From IMG/VR virus record IMGVR_UViG_3300009151_000055, positions 58,123-78,122 of that record: a DNA stretch of 20,000 bases. One strand, written 5' to 3'. A model generated the notes under the pieces. The model worked only from the letters and a program-made list of their open reading frames with translations. It was not told the origin of the DNA and made no database searches. A program made the translations under genes and the position numbers. How positions within the stretch are numbered: position 1 is the stretch's first letter; the number at the start of each line of letters is the position of its first letter. Positions 1-10,361 of the stretch are shown here, one piece after another. Source of the stretch: an uncultured virus (IMG/VR IMGVR_UViG_3300009151_000055). Its lineage: Duplodnaviria > Heunggongvirae > Uroviricota > Caudoviricetes.

Positions 1-40
1 AGTTTCTGATCAATCTTGTATAATAAACTATCTACTGGTA

Positions 41-1009
41 TCATGTTGATGCTAGTTTTTTCATTTTTAATTTCTGTTCAAGCGTAAGAAGCTCATCTTG
101 ATTATTATCATCTACAAGAAACTTAATCAAATCATCTTCGTCTTTTGCTATCTCAAATTCACCTTCATAAACTTTACCATTTGGTTTCAATCTATAGATG
201 GAATGTTGAACTGCTTGTTTTACTAAGTCTCTAACGTGTAAAAGATTTTCTTTCATGTCAGCAAATCTTGTAAAAACTTCTATTGTTGAAAGTCCTTGAT
301 ATTTTCCTGTTTTAAATTCTACATCTTTAAGAAGATTATCTACTAAATTGTAAACCACTTCTTCTTTTGTGTCAGATGTTACGGGAAGTCCTAAAAGTCT
401 TGCAACTTTTTGTTTCTTATCTGGACCCATCGCATCAAACTTACTAATTGCTTTGTTTACAATTTGTTTCTTCTTAAACAATATTGTACTTTCTAATTCA
501 TCATCAACAACATAAAATTGTGTATCAGCAGGAAATTCACCTCTTTCCCAAGCTTGATAGGAGCTGGCAATTGTAGGATGTACTCTCAGCCAAGAAAAAG
601 CGAGTTCTAACATAGGGTTTGAAAAATCAAAATAGTTGTCACCATCTAGAAGTTTTACAGGTTGAACATGTGTAGTGTCATATTCTGATGCACTAAGACC
701 GCTGTTCCAGAATGTAGAACGAGGACCTAAGTCCACTCCTCCTAATGCATCTTCTAGTTTTGTTTTTAGGTTGGTAACTCTTTCAATTTCTAATTCTCTC
801 TCAAGAGGATCGCTGATGCGTTTAATATATGAAGCATTTGGATTCAATCCTGTTCTATATTGACCATCGATTTCTCTATATGGATACTTGAACACTCCTG
901 TTCCAGGAACTCTTGTCATACCTTTTTGAGAAAGTCCTCCTTGCATTGTTTGCAATTGACTATTGTTATACTCTTTCTTTAACGTAGAGATTTTTCCTAT
1001 CTTTGCCAT
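41..1009 (-). CDS. Conserved protein encoded directly downstream of the major capsid gene (crAssphage gene 75-like position); probable virion protein
   Basis: 322 aa ORF following the MCP gene in the TerL-portal-X-MCP-X order typical of crAss-like phages; function inferred from position only. Confidence 0.6.
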   Translation of the reverse strand: MAKIGKISTLKKEYNNSQLQTMQGGLSQKGMTRVPGTGVFKYPYREIDGQYRTGLNPNASYIKRISDPLERELEIERVTNLKTKLEDALGGVDLGPRSTFWNSGLSASEYDTTHVQPVKLLDGDNYFDFSNPMLELAFSWLRVHPTIASSYQAWERGEFPADTQFYVVDDELESTILFKKKQIVNKAISKFDAMGPDKKQKVARLLGLPVTSDTKEEVVYNLVDNLLKDVEFKTGKYQGLSTIEVFTRFADMKENLLHVRDLVKQAVQHSIYRLKPNGKVYEGEFEIAKDEDDLIKFLVDDNNQDELLTLEQKLKMKKLAST

Positions 1010-1109
1010 TATTTAGTTGTTTTGGTTTTTTTTATTTTGTTTTTGCAGAATGATCCTCATCGAAGAGATAGCAATTAAGTTATCACCTTAATTCTTCATT
1101 CTGTATGTA

Positions 1110-1148
1110 AGAAGACTCCCCCACTTGGAGGTGGGGGGAGATTCTTCT
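1110..1148 (-). terminator. GC-rich hairpin (putative terminator/attenuator) between MCP and the downstream gene
   Basis: CTCCCCCAC-TTGGAG-GTGGGGG(G)AG inverted repeat in the MCP 3' intergenic region. Confidence 0.55.
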
Positions 1149-1214
1149 TGGTAGGATGTATAAACACTATTGCTAGTGTGTGTAGGTCTAGAAATACTAT
1201 TCCTAGGGGGATTA

Positions 1215-2768
1215 TTAGAACTGTGGTATTTCTTCGATCAAAACTGTGCGAGATAAATCTTCGATGAATACATCGCATCTATCTTTCATCCAAATTTCAT
1301 AACCAGGGAACTTGTTAGCAGAACTCATACCTTGAGATTTTGCAAAACCTAAGTGGTGACGAGTACCATCAATATATCCCCAAGTCATAGAAGGAGCACC
1401 TTTCATTCTCACTTCTCTGATGTTGTTCACCATTGAACCATCGCTCATTGGAGACACATCAAATACCATGAATACAGGAGTGGATTTTTTGTTTTGACCA
1501 AATTCTAAATTTGATTGTGGAAGATCAAGTTCTTTCAAGTGAATCAACTCTACACGACCAGTTTCACGAGTGACCATTGAGTCAAACGCAAAGTTGTAAG
1601 TGATGTGCTGACCTTCACCTTGCATGTAACGATTACCGCTATCTGCCATGAAAGTAAGTCCTGAATTTAAAGCATCTGTTTTCAAAGCTTGTTGGAAAAC
1701 GTCAAATCCTGCTTCATTGGTGTACATTTTCACCTTACGGTCTTTAACGTCCACCCTTCTGTAGAAAAGATCACCAAATACACTTCTGATTAAGTTTGCA
1801 GTGAATTCACCACGATTGTATTGTACTAAGTTACCGTTGTTTCTCATTCTGTGGTAAACACCAGCAGATGTACGCTTTAATTCTGGCTTAGAACCATTAG
1901 TTTTCACTGTACCTGGTTTAGCCCAAATCATACGCTTCACTTTCAATTCTAACATAGACTTACGCATCCAGAACTCAATGAATGGTTCCCATTTAACATC
2001 GTTACGAGTTAAAGGAAGTTGGTTTCTGCGTTGAGGAGCATACACCAAAATATCCAAAGCTTTACCAGAAGCATCTTTCATCATCTTGTCATCAGCCCAC
2101 TCAGTGATTTTGTGCTCATAACCATATGCTGATCCTAAAGATTCAAACATAGTGATTTTCTCACCCAAACGAGGAAGTCCTAACAAGTCTTGATCAAATT
2201 CGCCAATTGCAGCGTCAATCAATTCAAGTTCAATACCTGTCTGAAGGAATGTAGAACTAACAAAATCCACTGTAGGGTTATCAGACACAAGAGTGAATGA
2301 ATACAAATATCCAGCATTCCAAGGAAGAGGATCTTTAACTACGTAGAAACGAGGACCATACTGACGAGTGCCTACAGATACAATTGCATTCTTAGAGAAC
2401 TCATTAGTATCAAGAACAAGAGAAAATTCTTGACCATCGATACCAGGTTTTGTAAGATTGGAAGTTGCTGTAGGAATATCGATAATTTTAGGAAACTTGT
2501 AAGGAACTTGAATGTCCCATTTCCAAGCATCACTGTTATTATCAATATAAAAAGGAGTGGACTTGTTAATCATGTCCAAGAAATCGTTAGAATACAAAGA
2601 ACTCTGTGTGTAAAGACTGATGATTTTCTTATCATAGTCTGCAGGTTCTGTAGAGTGAAAACTTTCTAAGTGGTTAGCATCAGTAAGCTTGCCCACCGCT
2701 CTTTTGTCCATTGAAGCCACTCTGGCATATGTAAAGCCAGTAACTCCAGGAATTGTTGAAATTGCCAT
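1215..2768 (-). CDS. Major capsid protein (crAss-like, HK97-fold expected)
   Basis: 517 aa ORF with strongly biased codons, downstream of portal and an acidic scaffold-like gene; size and order match crAss-like MCPs; tandem TAATAA stop. Confidence 0.8.
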   Translation of the reverse strand: MAISTIPGVTGFTYARVASMDKRAVGKLTDANHLESFHSTEPADYDKKIISLYTQSSLYSNDFLDMINKSTPFYIDNNSDAWKWDIQVPYKFPKIIDIPTATSNLTKPGIDGQEFSLVLDTNEFSKNAIVSVGTRQYGPRFYVVKDPLPWNAGYLYSFTLVSDNPTVDFVSSTFLQTGIELELIDAAIGEFDQDLLGLPRLGEKITMFESLGSAYGYEHKITEWADDKMMKDASGKALDILVYAPQRRNQLPLTRNDVKWEPFIEFWMRKSMLELKVKRMIWAKPGTVKTNGSKPELKRTSAGVYHRMRNNGNLVQYNRGEFTANLIRSVFGDLFYRRVDVKDRKVKMYTNEAGFDVFQQALKTDALNSGLTFMADSGNRYMQGEGQHITYNFAFDSMVTRETGRVELIHLKELDLPQSNLEFGQNKKSTPVFMVFDVSPMSDGSMVNNIREVRMKGAPSMTWGYIDGTRHHLGFAKSQGMSSANKFPGYEIWMKDRCDVFIEDLSRTVLIEEIPQF

Positions 2769-2793
2769 TTTTATTATCTTTTATTATTATTTG

Positions 2794-4041
2794 TTACAGA
2801 AACCAAGATGATGGTTTTGATGAGCTTAGTGATTTGCCACTTTTTGAAGTTTGTCTTGCCACTTCACTAAACAACTCATCTGATTTTTTACTCACTGCCC
2901 TTTTTTGTATTGTTGAAAGTGTAGGGTCAGTTTCTAGAATTTTTAAAAGCAGTCCCACTTTCACTTTCATCTCATGATTCTCTGGTCTTTTTAATTCAAG
3001 AATTTGTCTATCAAACTCTGTAAGTTTTTCTCCTGATGGAGTTTGATATTTTTCTGTCACTAAGAAGTCCTGTAGATCACCAGCAAGTTTGGGATTGATG
3101 GGAATACCATCAAATTCTTTTGTTTTTAGTTTTGACTGTAGAACATTTTGTACGTTGTTTACGTATTGTTGTCTAAAGGCATATTGCTTTTGTAATCTTT
3201 CTTCGTTTTGTCTTTCTAACTGTTGGAGTTTTGCTGCTTCTTTTTTCACTAACACCTTGTGGTGTTTTTGTGCTACAGTTTCTAAATCTCCATAATTTTT
3301 TAGTCTTTCAATTTCTGAATCAACATCTTCTGGATCAAATCCTTGATCAGCAAGAGCTTGTTTCAAAACTGCTTCCTGATTTCTTTCTTCAGAAAGATCA
3401 AGGTTTGCAAAACTTTCTATGTTATTATATACACCAAAGTATTCTTTAGGATCTACACCTTTTACAAAGATTGCATCGAATGCTTGTTGATAATCTTCAC
3501 CAAACTGTCCTATGAAGTTTTGCACTATTTCTATAGATCCTTTCTTCTTTTCTAGATTGAATCTTTCAAGGAAGTCTTCTGCTGATTCAATGTTAACATC
3601 CTCTTCATCTTCGTCTTTATTAAAAACTCCAAGTTTGAATAAATCATTAGAAAGGGCTGTAAATCTATTTGATACATCATCATTGTCATCATCATCAGAT
3701 TCTTCATTTGAAGGAGCTGTTTTAGATTTTGCAGATGGTTTTGCAGGAATATCGTCATCATCATCTTCTTCTTCTGTTTCTCCAAGAAGAAAATCTTGAA
3801 TCGATTTGCTTGCGTCAGATTCTTCCTTTTTAGGAGCATCGCTTTCTGTAGTTTTTGGGGATGATGATTTTGTGGAGGGTTTTGGAGCTTCTTCTTTTAT
3901 TTCAGTCACTTCTTCTGGAGAAGCAGTGGATGTTTCTGCGGACATTAGGTCTTTAAGCAATTCTTGATTGCCCATTCCCATTTCCATTGTATTTTGTATA
4001 CTGAAATCTCCAAATGATGGGGTTTCTAAATTATCAGACAT
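2794..4041 (-). CDS. Acidic scaffold-like / capsid assembly protein (crAssphage gene 77-like position)
   Basis: 415 aa with a D/E-rich low-complexity N-terminus and helical, coiled-coil-like C-terminus, located between portal and MCP. Confidence 0.6.
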   Translation of the reverse strand: MSDNLETPSFGDFSIQNTMEMGMGNQELLKDLMSAETSTASPEEVTEIKEEAPKPSTKSSSPKTTESDAPKKEESDASKSIQDFLLGETEEEDDDDDIPAKPSAKSKTAPSNEESDDDDNDDVSNRFTALSNDLFKLGVFNKDEDEEDVNIESAEDFLERFNLEKKKGSIEIVQNFIGQFGEDYQQAFDAIFVKGVDPKEYFGVYNNIESFANLDLSEERNQEAVLKQALADQGFDPEDVDSEIERLKNYGDLETVAQKHHKVLVKKEAAKLQQLERQNEERLQKQYAFRQQYVNNVQNVLQSKLKTKEFDGIPINPKLAGDLQDFLVTEKYQTPSGEKLTEFDRQILELKRPENHEMKVKVGLLLKILETDPTLSTIQKRAVSKKSDELFSEVARQTSKSGKSLSSSKPSSWFL

Positions 4042-4062
4042 ATGTAGTTTTGGTTTATAGTG

Positions 4063-4093
4063 TAAAAATATGTATTAAATGTATTCTAACAAA
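4063..4093 (-). promoter_or_regulatory. Bacteroidota-type sigma70 promoter for scaffold/MCP
   Basis: Minus strand TTTG-N19-TATTTTTA, near the TTTG(-33)/TAnnTTTG(-7) consensus, about 20 nt upstream of the ATG at 4041. Confidence 0.5.
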
Positions 4094-4139
4094 CACATTA
4101 GGTTTGAAAACAGTGAATTTTGAATTTAATATGGCATTA

Positions 4140-6728
4140 CTATTTCTTACTCTTTGATGCTCTGTTCTTTGCATTTGTTCTAGCAATCTCTAAATCATTC
4201 TTTTGATTTTCTCTTGCCACTTGAAGCTTCTCTCTTTCTAAAGCCATCTTATCGTTTGATTGTTTATTCTTTAATTGAATGTCTTGCATTTTCAACTGAT
4301 AATCTTTTGCAGCCTTTTCCTGCTCGTGAGAAAGCTTACTCATTTCTAATACGTCTGGAACAGCGTTCTGGTCAACATCTTCTGCTGCAACATTACCATA
4401 TCCTGTTGCTGAAATAATTGCAATCTTCTCTTTAGAAAGTCTATCAAGTTGTTTTTGATAGTCATCATGAGCTATTTGCTCTTCATGTTGTTGTTGTTGT
4501 TGTGCCAATTGAGCTTGAGCTTGTTCTTGTTGAGCTTGTTGCTGCTGTTGTTGCATTTGTTGTTGTTGGTCTTGCATTTGCTCTTGTCTATCTTTCAATG
4601 TCTTAAACACCTTCTTCATTTGACGTACAGAATCTGTAGAATACAATTCTATAATGTCGTACAATGATCCACCATTCTGTATAACAGCTTGAGACAATTG
4701 TCTAATCTCTTCAAACATCTTCTTATCTTCAGGTCTATTTGTAGCAAACACTTTCAAATCTCTAAATCTCAAATCTGTACCATTCACTTCTACAAATGCT
4801 GATTCTCCTTTAGATGTAATGTATGAAATTGTTGATTGAGGCTTTTTGCTTTCTACATAGAGAGAAGCATCAATAACAGCTTGATAGAGTTGTCCTAATA
4901 CATATTCATGAGCTACAAAAAGAGGTTCTGTTTGAGAATAACTTTGTGTAAGAGCAGCATTTGTTCCTGTAGCAGATTCTGATGCAGAAATACTTCCCAT
5001 TCTCTGTTTAGACATACCTATCAATTCCCAACACTCATTCTTCATTTGTTGTGCAAGAGTGTAACGAGATTGTATTTCTTGTGTTCTTGTTAAATCAATG
5101 TCTCTGAACTGGTTGAAAGAAGATGGTGCTTTTAGATTTTCTGGAGAGTCATCAATAAATACCACTCCTCGATTTCTTGCTTCCAACTCCCACATATCAA
5201 GAGCATCTTGTGCATCTCCGTCTTTTGGAACAGGAATGTGTCTAATTGATGTTAAATAAACCTTTCCTATTTCTTTCTCAAGAAGTTTGAACAGTTGATT
5301 CATACAAACATTGTATATCACCTGAAAAGGTTTCATTAAGTCTACTAAAGACTTCGCTTCTGTGTTCTTCACTTCATGTGTAAGTCCTATAATAGGACAG
5401 TATGGAAGAAGCTTGTAAGGTTTGATGTGATAGATGTCTGGTCCTATCTTCACTCCTTCATACCATTGATTCACCCATCCCCATTCTAAAGACTGTTGTG
5501 TAGGAATGGTGTTACTTTTGTAACTCTCATCAACTAATATTGATTGTTCATTTCCCATTTCATCTAAGAATATAAGCTTCCCTATTTTCTTTTTTGAAAT
5601 CCAATAAGCTCTTACAACAACATATTTGTATCCAAATGAGGAAACATTTGATGTGAGTCCTAAAAAGTCTTTTAGTCCATCATTGTTCTCTTTCATTTCT
5701 GATTCAATAATCATTCTTGTACGAAGCACAAGAGGATCATAGGTGTCGTATTGTACAGAGTCTGTTCCAGGAGTGGCATTAGGGTTTCCCAAATTAGACT
5801 CTCTCACATTTATAAGTCCGTAGTCTTGTAAAGAACTTCTTAAATGATCTATCTCTTCTTTAGTGATGAATGGGAATGTTTCTATAATTTCAGACAATTC
5901 CATCACCATCACTGTTCCAGCAGCATACGCTCCTTGTGCTCTACCTGTTACATCTGAAATATACTTCCTATCAGGCGTAGTGAGAAACCATGTATTCTTA
6001 GGATTGCACACTTCTATATTATATCCTGTTTTAGAATTATCTTCATAGATGTGATAGAATTCTCTAGCAGTGATCATCATGTCTCTAAATGCATCCTCAC
6101 TCTTTTCTTTGAGATTGAATTCAGCTTTTGTAGCTGTAAGTATGTGATTTGCCCATTTCTCTGCAACAGATGTGTAAGAATCTAAATCTTCTTTCACCTG
6201 CTCCATTGTCATTTGATTCAACTGCTCCTCGTCTATTTCTTCTCCTCTCATTGCTGCTTTCTGCAGAATGTCTTGTTTCACTTGATTCATTACGTAGTCC
6301 TGAAGAAGCTGTGTTTTGTATTCCAACTCTTCTGCCTTGCTATCATCATCAAATGCTTTTATAGAATATGTGTTAGGTCTTTTTGAAATCTCTCCCACAA
6401 GCTCATTAACAGGTGTTGTAATAATTGAATAATGTTTAACATATGCAGGAAGTTCCAAATCACTTTGTAACATTTCTGTAAATGACTTTACATCTTGTTC
6501 TTGATAAAAATCTTCAGGACGAAGAATCCCTTTAATAAGATCATAGTTTTTAACAAATGTATCTCTATTCTTTACATATTCAGAATATGCTTTGTTTGCA
6601 AAATAGTCCATTGTGTTCTTCACCCAACTCTCATCTTGCTTCTCTTTGTCTGTTTTAAATTGGTCAGGGAATATATTAAGATAGGCATATCTAATCGTAG
6701 CATCTTTTGTATATCTAATTATAGGCAT
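4140..6728 (-). CDS. Portal protein
   Basis: 862 aa, shares one base with the TerL stop codon (TAATG coupling); long C-terminal coiled coil with a Q-rich tract, like the barrel of podophage portals. Confidence 0.85.
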   Translation of the reverse strand: MPIIRYTKDATIRYAYLNIFPDQFKTDKEKQDESWVKNTMDYFANKAYSEYVKNRDTFVKNYDLIKGILRPEDFYQEQDVKSFTEMLQSDLELPAYVKHYSIITTPVNELVGEISKRPNTYSIKAFDDDSKAEELEYKTQLLQDYVMNQVKQDILQKAAMRGEEIDEEQLNQMTMEQVKEDLDSYTSVAEKWANHILTATKAEFNLKEKSEDAFRDMMITAREFYHIYEDNSKTGYNIEVCNPKNTWFLTTPDRKYISDVTGRAQGAYAAGTVMVMELSEIIETFPFITKEEIDHLRSSLQDYGLINVRESNLGNPNATPGTDSVQYDTYDPLVLRTRMIIESEMKENNDGLKDFLGLTSNVSSFGYKYVVVRAYWISKKKIGKLIFLDEMGNEQSILVDESYKSNTIPTQQSLEWGWVNQWYEGVKIGPDIYHIKPYKLLPYCPIIGLTHEVKNTEAKSLVDLMKPFQVIYNVCMNQLFKLLEKEIGKVYLTSIRHIPVPKDGDAQDALDMWELEARNRGVVFIDDSPENLKAPSSFNQFRDIDLTRTQEIQSRYTLAQQMKNECWELIGMSKQRMGSISASESATGTNAALTQSYSQTEPLFVAHEYVLGQLYQAVIDASLYVESKKPQSTISYITSKGESAFVEVNGTDLRFRDLKVFATNRPEDKKMFEEIRQLSQAVIQNGGSLYDIIELYSTDSVRQMKKVFKTLKDRQEQMQDQQQQMQQQQQQAQQEQAQAQLAQQQQQHEEQIAHDDYQKQLDRLSKEKIAIISATGYGNVAAEDVDQNAVPDVLEMSKLSHEQEKAAKDYQLKMQDIQLKNKQSNDKMALEREKLQVARENQKNDLEIARTNAKNRASKSKK

Positions 6729-8755
6729 TATGTAAACAGTTTTTGTTTTTGTTTATTGTAAAAAAGAGAACTTGATTCAGAAAATAATTTATTGTTTCTT
6801 TTTCCTGAATACAAAGATTTCACTCTATCATCTCCACTTCCTCCAATTCTTCCAAATATAGGATCCATTTTGAGTGCTTGTGCTATTGCTAATTCCGCAG
6901 CAATGATTCTATCAAAGTTACCATTATCGTTATATTGAATAATCTCTTCTAGAAGAACGGGATCAAGTATTTTATTCACCCCAAACACCTCTCTAATCAC
7001 AGAGCCATTCTCATCAGTTTCTTTAACAATAGATTCTTCCATATATTTCTTCAGACATGCATGTAAATAATCAATAATCTTTTGACTACTTCTATGTATT
7101 CCATATTCTCGCTTCACTGTTGTGTTAGGAACAATCTCCATGAGCCATTGAGGCTGCTTTTCTAGATATTGTGCATCTCCTTTTGACTTCATGTATTCTA
7201 TAAAAGAAATATCATCATTCTCACAAAGGGTGCGAGCATTGTAATATTTAATTAGCATTCTAGCTTGTTCTTCCCATGTTTCTTTCTTATCAGGACGTGC
7301 ACAATAAGAAGCTACAAACATGTCTTGGTATTTTTCATCCATCAAGCTGTGCATTCTCTTATATATGTACACACTACCTAGAGAAGAACTGTATGCTGAT
7401 TGTCCCTGTCTGTAGGGATCCACTCCTGCTACATACAATCCGTATGGAGGATTTTCTATAGGAAATTCATATATAACTACAGGAGCATCTTTTAAATCAG
7501 AATTCTTTAGAGGAAAGTTTGAAATAGGTAGTTTGTCTGTAAACTCGTGTGATATTTTACCCTCATCTTGGAAAAGAATAACAGGAGTGCCTGTTCTCAA
7601 TTGTTGTAACAATCTACTCTTTTGTCTCTTGGCAGATTCAATATCAAATATGTTTGTATCCTCATTTAAAAATATATCATCCACTTCTTGAGGATAGTAC
7701 ATCTTTTCTTTTAGATAGGCAATTCTATCTCCAGCTTTCTTCAGACGTTCAAGATTACTTACAGTGAGAGCATTTGCTTTTTCTTCATTGCTTACAAGCA
7801 TTTTAACTTGGTGTAGTTCTGAAGAAAGAGGAACGTTTAGGAAAGCACCAAGAGAAGAGTCTTCTTTGGCTTCCATTCTATACTTGTTAGAAATAAATAG
7901 CCCATGTATTCTAGACGTGTCTTTTGAATTATTGTACGTAAGGAAGTTAAAATTGTCTACATCAAACATAAGACTCTTGGCATCCATAAATCTTTTCATG
8001 TCACCACCTGTTCCTGTAAGAATTGGACTACATCCCCAACCAAAGGGTGTTGTAAATCCTGGAATAGCAGCTTGAAGTCCTCTAAGAAAGGATCCTTTTC
8101 CTATCTCATCTATAATAAGCTTTCTGGGTTTTGTACCTGCAATAGCTTCCTCATTATTACCTTCATCAAGGTTACGAATAAGAATAGAGGAATAAGGAAT
8201 CCTTTCTCCTGATTTAGTTTTAATTCCTAGCGTCACTTGATTCTTCCAATTATCTTCTATTCTTTGCCACCTCCAAGCTTCAGGAATGAAATTCAATCCC
8301 TTGTCTATCTTATCTGTAATAAGCTTTATATCAGGGCTATTTAAGCCTGCAATTACGTTCTGTGAGTTTTCATCAAACGTTGCTCCCCAAGCTATGTAGC
8401 TTGATTCTAAAACTGATTTTGCCAAACGTCTTATGCCTAAAATAACAAGTCCTTTTCTTTCGTTCTGTGCCCTATCAATTTCATTTGTTATCACCCATTC
8501 ATTATCTCTCAAATAGGGATTGGCATATTTTTGTGAAATTCTACCACGTTCATCTATTATATCCACCTCTGTGTTCCAGAAGTTGAGGTGCCAATATAAA
8601 AATGGGTTTATGTACACACCATCCATCATTGCTCCGTTCAGACACAATTCTTTGTGATGGTTGAAAAACTCTCTATGTTCTTCAGAGGATTTATCTGGAA
8701 TTCTTTTTTGATTGATGTACCAATCTTTATAATCTATATTTTTGAGATTGATCAT
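6728..8755 (-). CDS. terL: Terminase large subunit
   Basis: Walker A-like GIRRLAKS, Walker B LIIDEIG, motif III-like TGTGG, RNase H-like nuclease YVAGVDP and C-terminal NFDRIIA. Confidence 0.92.
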   Translation of the reverse strand: MINLKNIDYKDWYINQKRIPDKSSEEHREFFNHHKELCLNGAMMDGVYINPFLYWHLNFWNTEVDIIDERGRISQKYANPYLRDNEWVITNEIDRAQNERKGLVILGIRRLAKSVLESSYIAWGATFDENSQNVIAGLNSPDIKLITDKIDKGLNFIPEAWRWQRIEDNWKNQVTLGIKTKSGERIPYSSILIRNLDEGNNEEAIAGTKPRKLIIDEIGKGSFLRGLQAAIPGFTTPFGWGCSPILTGTGGDMKRFMDAKSLMFDVDNFNFLTYNNSKDTSRIHGLFISNKYRMEAKEDSSLGAFLNVPLSSELHQVKMLVSNEEKANALTVSNLERLKKAGDRIAYLKEKMYYPQEVDDIFLNEDTNIFDIESAKRQKSRLLQQLRTGTPVILFQDEGKISHEFTDKLPISNFPLKNSDLKDAPVVIYEFPIENPPYGLYVAGVDPYRQGQSAYSSSLGSVYIYKRMHSLMDEKYQDMFVASYCARPDKKETWEEQARMLIKYYNARTLCENDDISFIEYMKSKGDAQYLEKQPQWLMEIVPNTTVKREYGIHRSSQKIIDYLHACLKKYMEESIVKETDENGSVIREVFGVNKILDPVLLEEIIQYNDNGNFDRIIAAELAIAQALKMDPIFGRIGGSGDDRVKSLYSGKRNNKLFSESSSLFYNKQKQKLFT

Positions 8756-9084
8756 TTTCTATTTTTAAGAAAGTCTTCAGCCATAGAAGACAATTCTCCC
8801 TTACCTCTCACTTCCACTTTTGCTTCTTCTTTTTCTCTAAGTTTATCCACCACTTCTAATAAAGCTAAATAGTTCTTCATTGTCTCTTGAACAAACTTCC
8901 CCTGAGCCTCTATAGAAGCAATCACCATTGGGAGCATTCCTCCTTTTGATGTTGGTTTCCATTCAATCCTGTCCTTCAACTCGTGAAGAGGATTGGCATT
9001 AACATATGCTTTCCATGACGTAAGTTGTTCCTCCGCCCACAGAAGTTCTGTATTAATGTATGTAGTTTTTTTAATAGTCGCCAT
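8752..9084 (-). CDS. Hypothetical helical protein, candidate terminase small subunit
   Basis: 110 aa ORF overlapping the TerL start (ATGA coupling); function inferred from position only. Confidence 0.45.
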   Translation of the reverse strand: MATIKKTTYINTELLWAEEQLTSWKAYVNANPLHELKDRIEWKPTSKGGMLPMVIASIEAQGKFVQETMKNYLALLEVVDKLREKEEAKVEVRGKGELSSMAEDFLKNRK

Positions 9085-9340
9085 AGTCTTCTTGGTTAAA
9101 TAAATTCAATCCATCCTTTACAATATTGTCAAGGGCATCATCTGAGACAATGTTCATATCTAATTCACTCTTGTATTTCTGTAGAGCAAAAAGCATTTCA
9201 CTGTCTCTCATTCCCCACACGTCTCCACAATCATCTAAAGCTGTTGCTATGTGTCTTCCCATGCCATAAGAGGGATGGAGAGTTTTTAGCTCTTTCAGCA
9301 CATCAATGATTTCACTATATTCGTTCTTCTTCTTTGCCAT
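9071..9340 (-). CDS. Hypothetical protein
   Basis: 89 aa ORF overlapping the next gene in a tightly packed operon. Confidence 0.7.
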   Translation of the reverse strand: MAKKKNEYSEIIDVLKELKTLHPSYGMGRHIATALDDCGDVWGMRDSEMLFALQKYKSELDMNIVSDDALDNIVKDGLNLFNQEDYGDY

Positions 9341-9342
9341 TT

Positions 9343-9519
9343 CTAAATTATTATTCCACTGCTTTGTGCTGTTATCTTCTTCACTTCCTGTTCCACCACA
9401 CCCAACAATCTCTGTATTTGATTATTTGCAATGTCTTGTGTTGTCACATTAATTCCTGGCGTAGCACATATTGCTGCCAACTTCTCTATAAAATAAAATG
9501 CGTCTTGTATTGTGTTCAT
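9343..9519 (-). CDS. Small hypothetical protein (58 aa, not in ORF track)
   Basis: Manual translation MNTIQDAFYFIEKLAAICATPGINVTTQDIANNQIQRLLGVVEQEVKKITAQSSGIII*; fills the gap between 9516..9716 (ATGA overlap) and 9071..9340. Confidence 0.7.
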   Translation of the reverse strand: MNTIQDAFYFIEKLAAICATPGINVTTQDIANNQIQRLLGVVEQEVKKITAQSSGIII

Positions 9520-9716
9520 GCTAAATCTGTTATATCAATTTCAATTATTTCTTCGTCATCATCATCGTCTTCAGAAGGTGTTATCATCAATGTATCCTCA
9601 TCGTCATGAAGCGTTGCTGTAATATCAATATACCTAACCTCTGTTGTTTCATACACTTCTTTCAAAGCTGTTAGCAATGCCAACAATTCCACTTTCCTTA
9701 TTGTCATATTGTTCAT
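9516..9716 (-). CDS. Small acidic hypothetical protein
   Basis: 66 aa ORF with ATGA overlaps on both sides. Confidence 0.65.
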   Translation of the reverse strand: MNNMTIRKVELLALLTALKEVYETTEVRYIDITATLHDDEDTLMITPSEDDDDDEEIIEIDITDLA

Positions 9717-10015
9717 TTCAAATCATTTAATTCGTCATCAATACTTTCATCTGTTGTAACAGCATCCCATAGAGACAAAGGACAGCTACAAGAAAGACAT
9801 TTTGTTTTAGCAGAAAGCGTACATCCACAATTTGTACAATGTTCATCAGGACGCAACGTGTTATATTCCCCTGTCTTCTTTCTGTTCTCAGAAAACCATT
9901 CACACTTGTTACATATATTCATTCTTTCTATAGAAGTGTTATTAATCACTTCTTTCATTTCATGTGGAGGAATAATGTGATTTCTCCATCCTTCTAAAAT
10001 TTGTTTAAAGCTCAT
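9713..10015 (-). CDS. Cys-rich putative zinc-binding protein (DUF6171-like)
   Basis: ERMNICNKC...CTNCGCTLSAKTKCLSCSCPLSLW fits the R..IC..C / C..CGC....K / CP...W pattern common in phages. Confidence 0.65.
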   Translation of the reverse strand: MSFKQILEGWRNHIIPPHEMKEVINNTSIERMNICNKCEWFSENRKKTGEYNTLRPDEHCTNCGCTLSAKTKCLSCSCPLSLWDAVTTDESIDDELNDLK

Positions 10016-10361
10016 TGGTTTTATTATTTAATCTGTCTAATTCTTCCTGTAGAAAAACAATTCTTGCTTCTATTCTTTTTATGAGAATTTCTGAAGGACT
10101 GTCTTCTATTAACGCTCTCTTATAATTCCTTATTTTATTATTAAGAGCTTCTATCCTTTTCTTAGCCTTTGGCAAATTAAAATAAAACTTCCCAAAGCCA
10201 GAAATCTCTATGCTATTGTTTGTTTTCATAGCATCGTTAGCACTCTGAAACTGATGTGTAATAACACTGTTAATAACACTCTCACTTCTTAGAGAAGACA
10301 TAGCTTGTAAACGTACAAGGTATTCCTTAATCGACATAGAAGAGGGTCTATTCATGTACAA
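10005..10361 (-). CDS. HU/IHF-like DNA-binding protein
   Basis: SIEISGFGKF matches the HU/IHF (I)xGFGxF signature after a helix; crAss-like phages are known to encode IHF homologues. Confidence 0.65.
   Translation of the reverse strand: MYMNRPSSMSIKEYLVRLQAMSSLRSESVINSVITHQFQSANDAMKTNNSIEISGFGKFYFNLPKAKKRIEALNNKIRNYKRALIEDSPSEILIKRIEARIVFLQEELDRLNNKTNEL

Noticed and set aside
675..8872. Plus-strand short ORFs opposite the structural genes, plus the alternative-frame ORFs 1096..1278 and 3552..3839
   Set aside because: Shadow frames of long genes with low-complexity translations
9343..9345. Stop-codon reassignment as in some crAss-like phages
   Set aside because: Large genes are uninterrupted in code 11, and TAG/TGA occur at sensible gene ends with coupled starts
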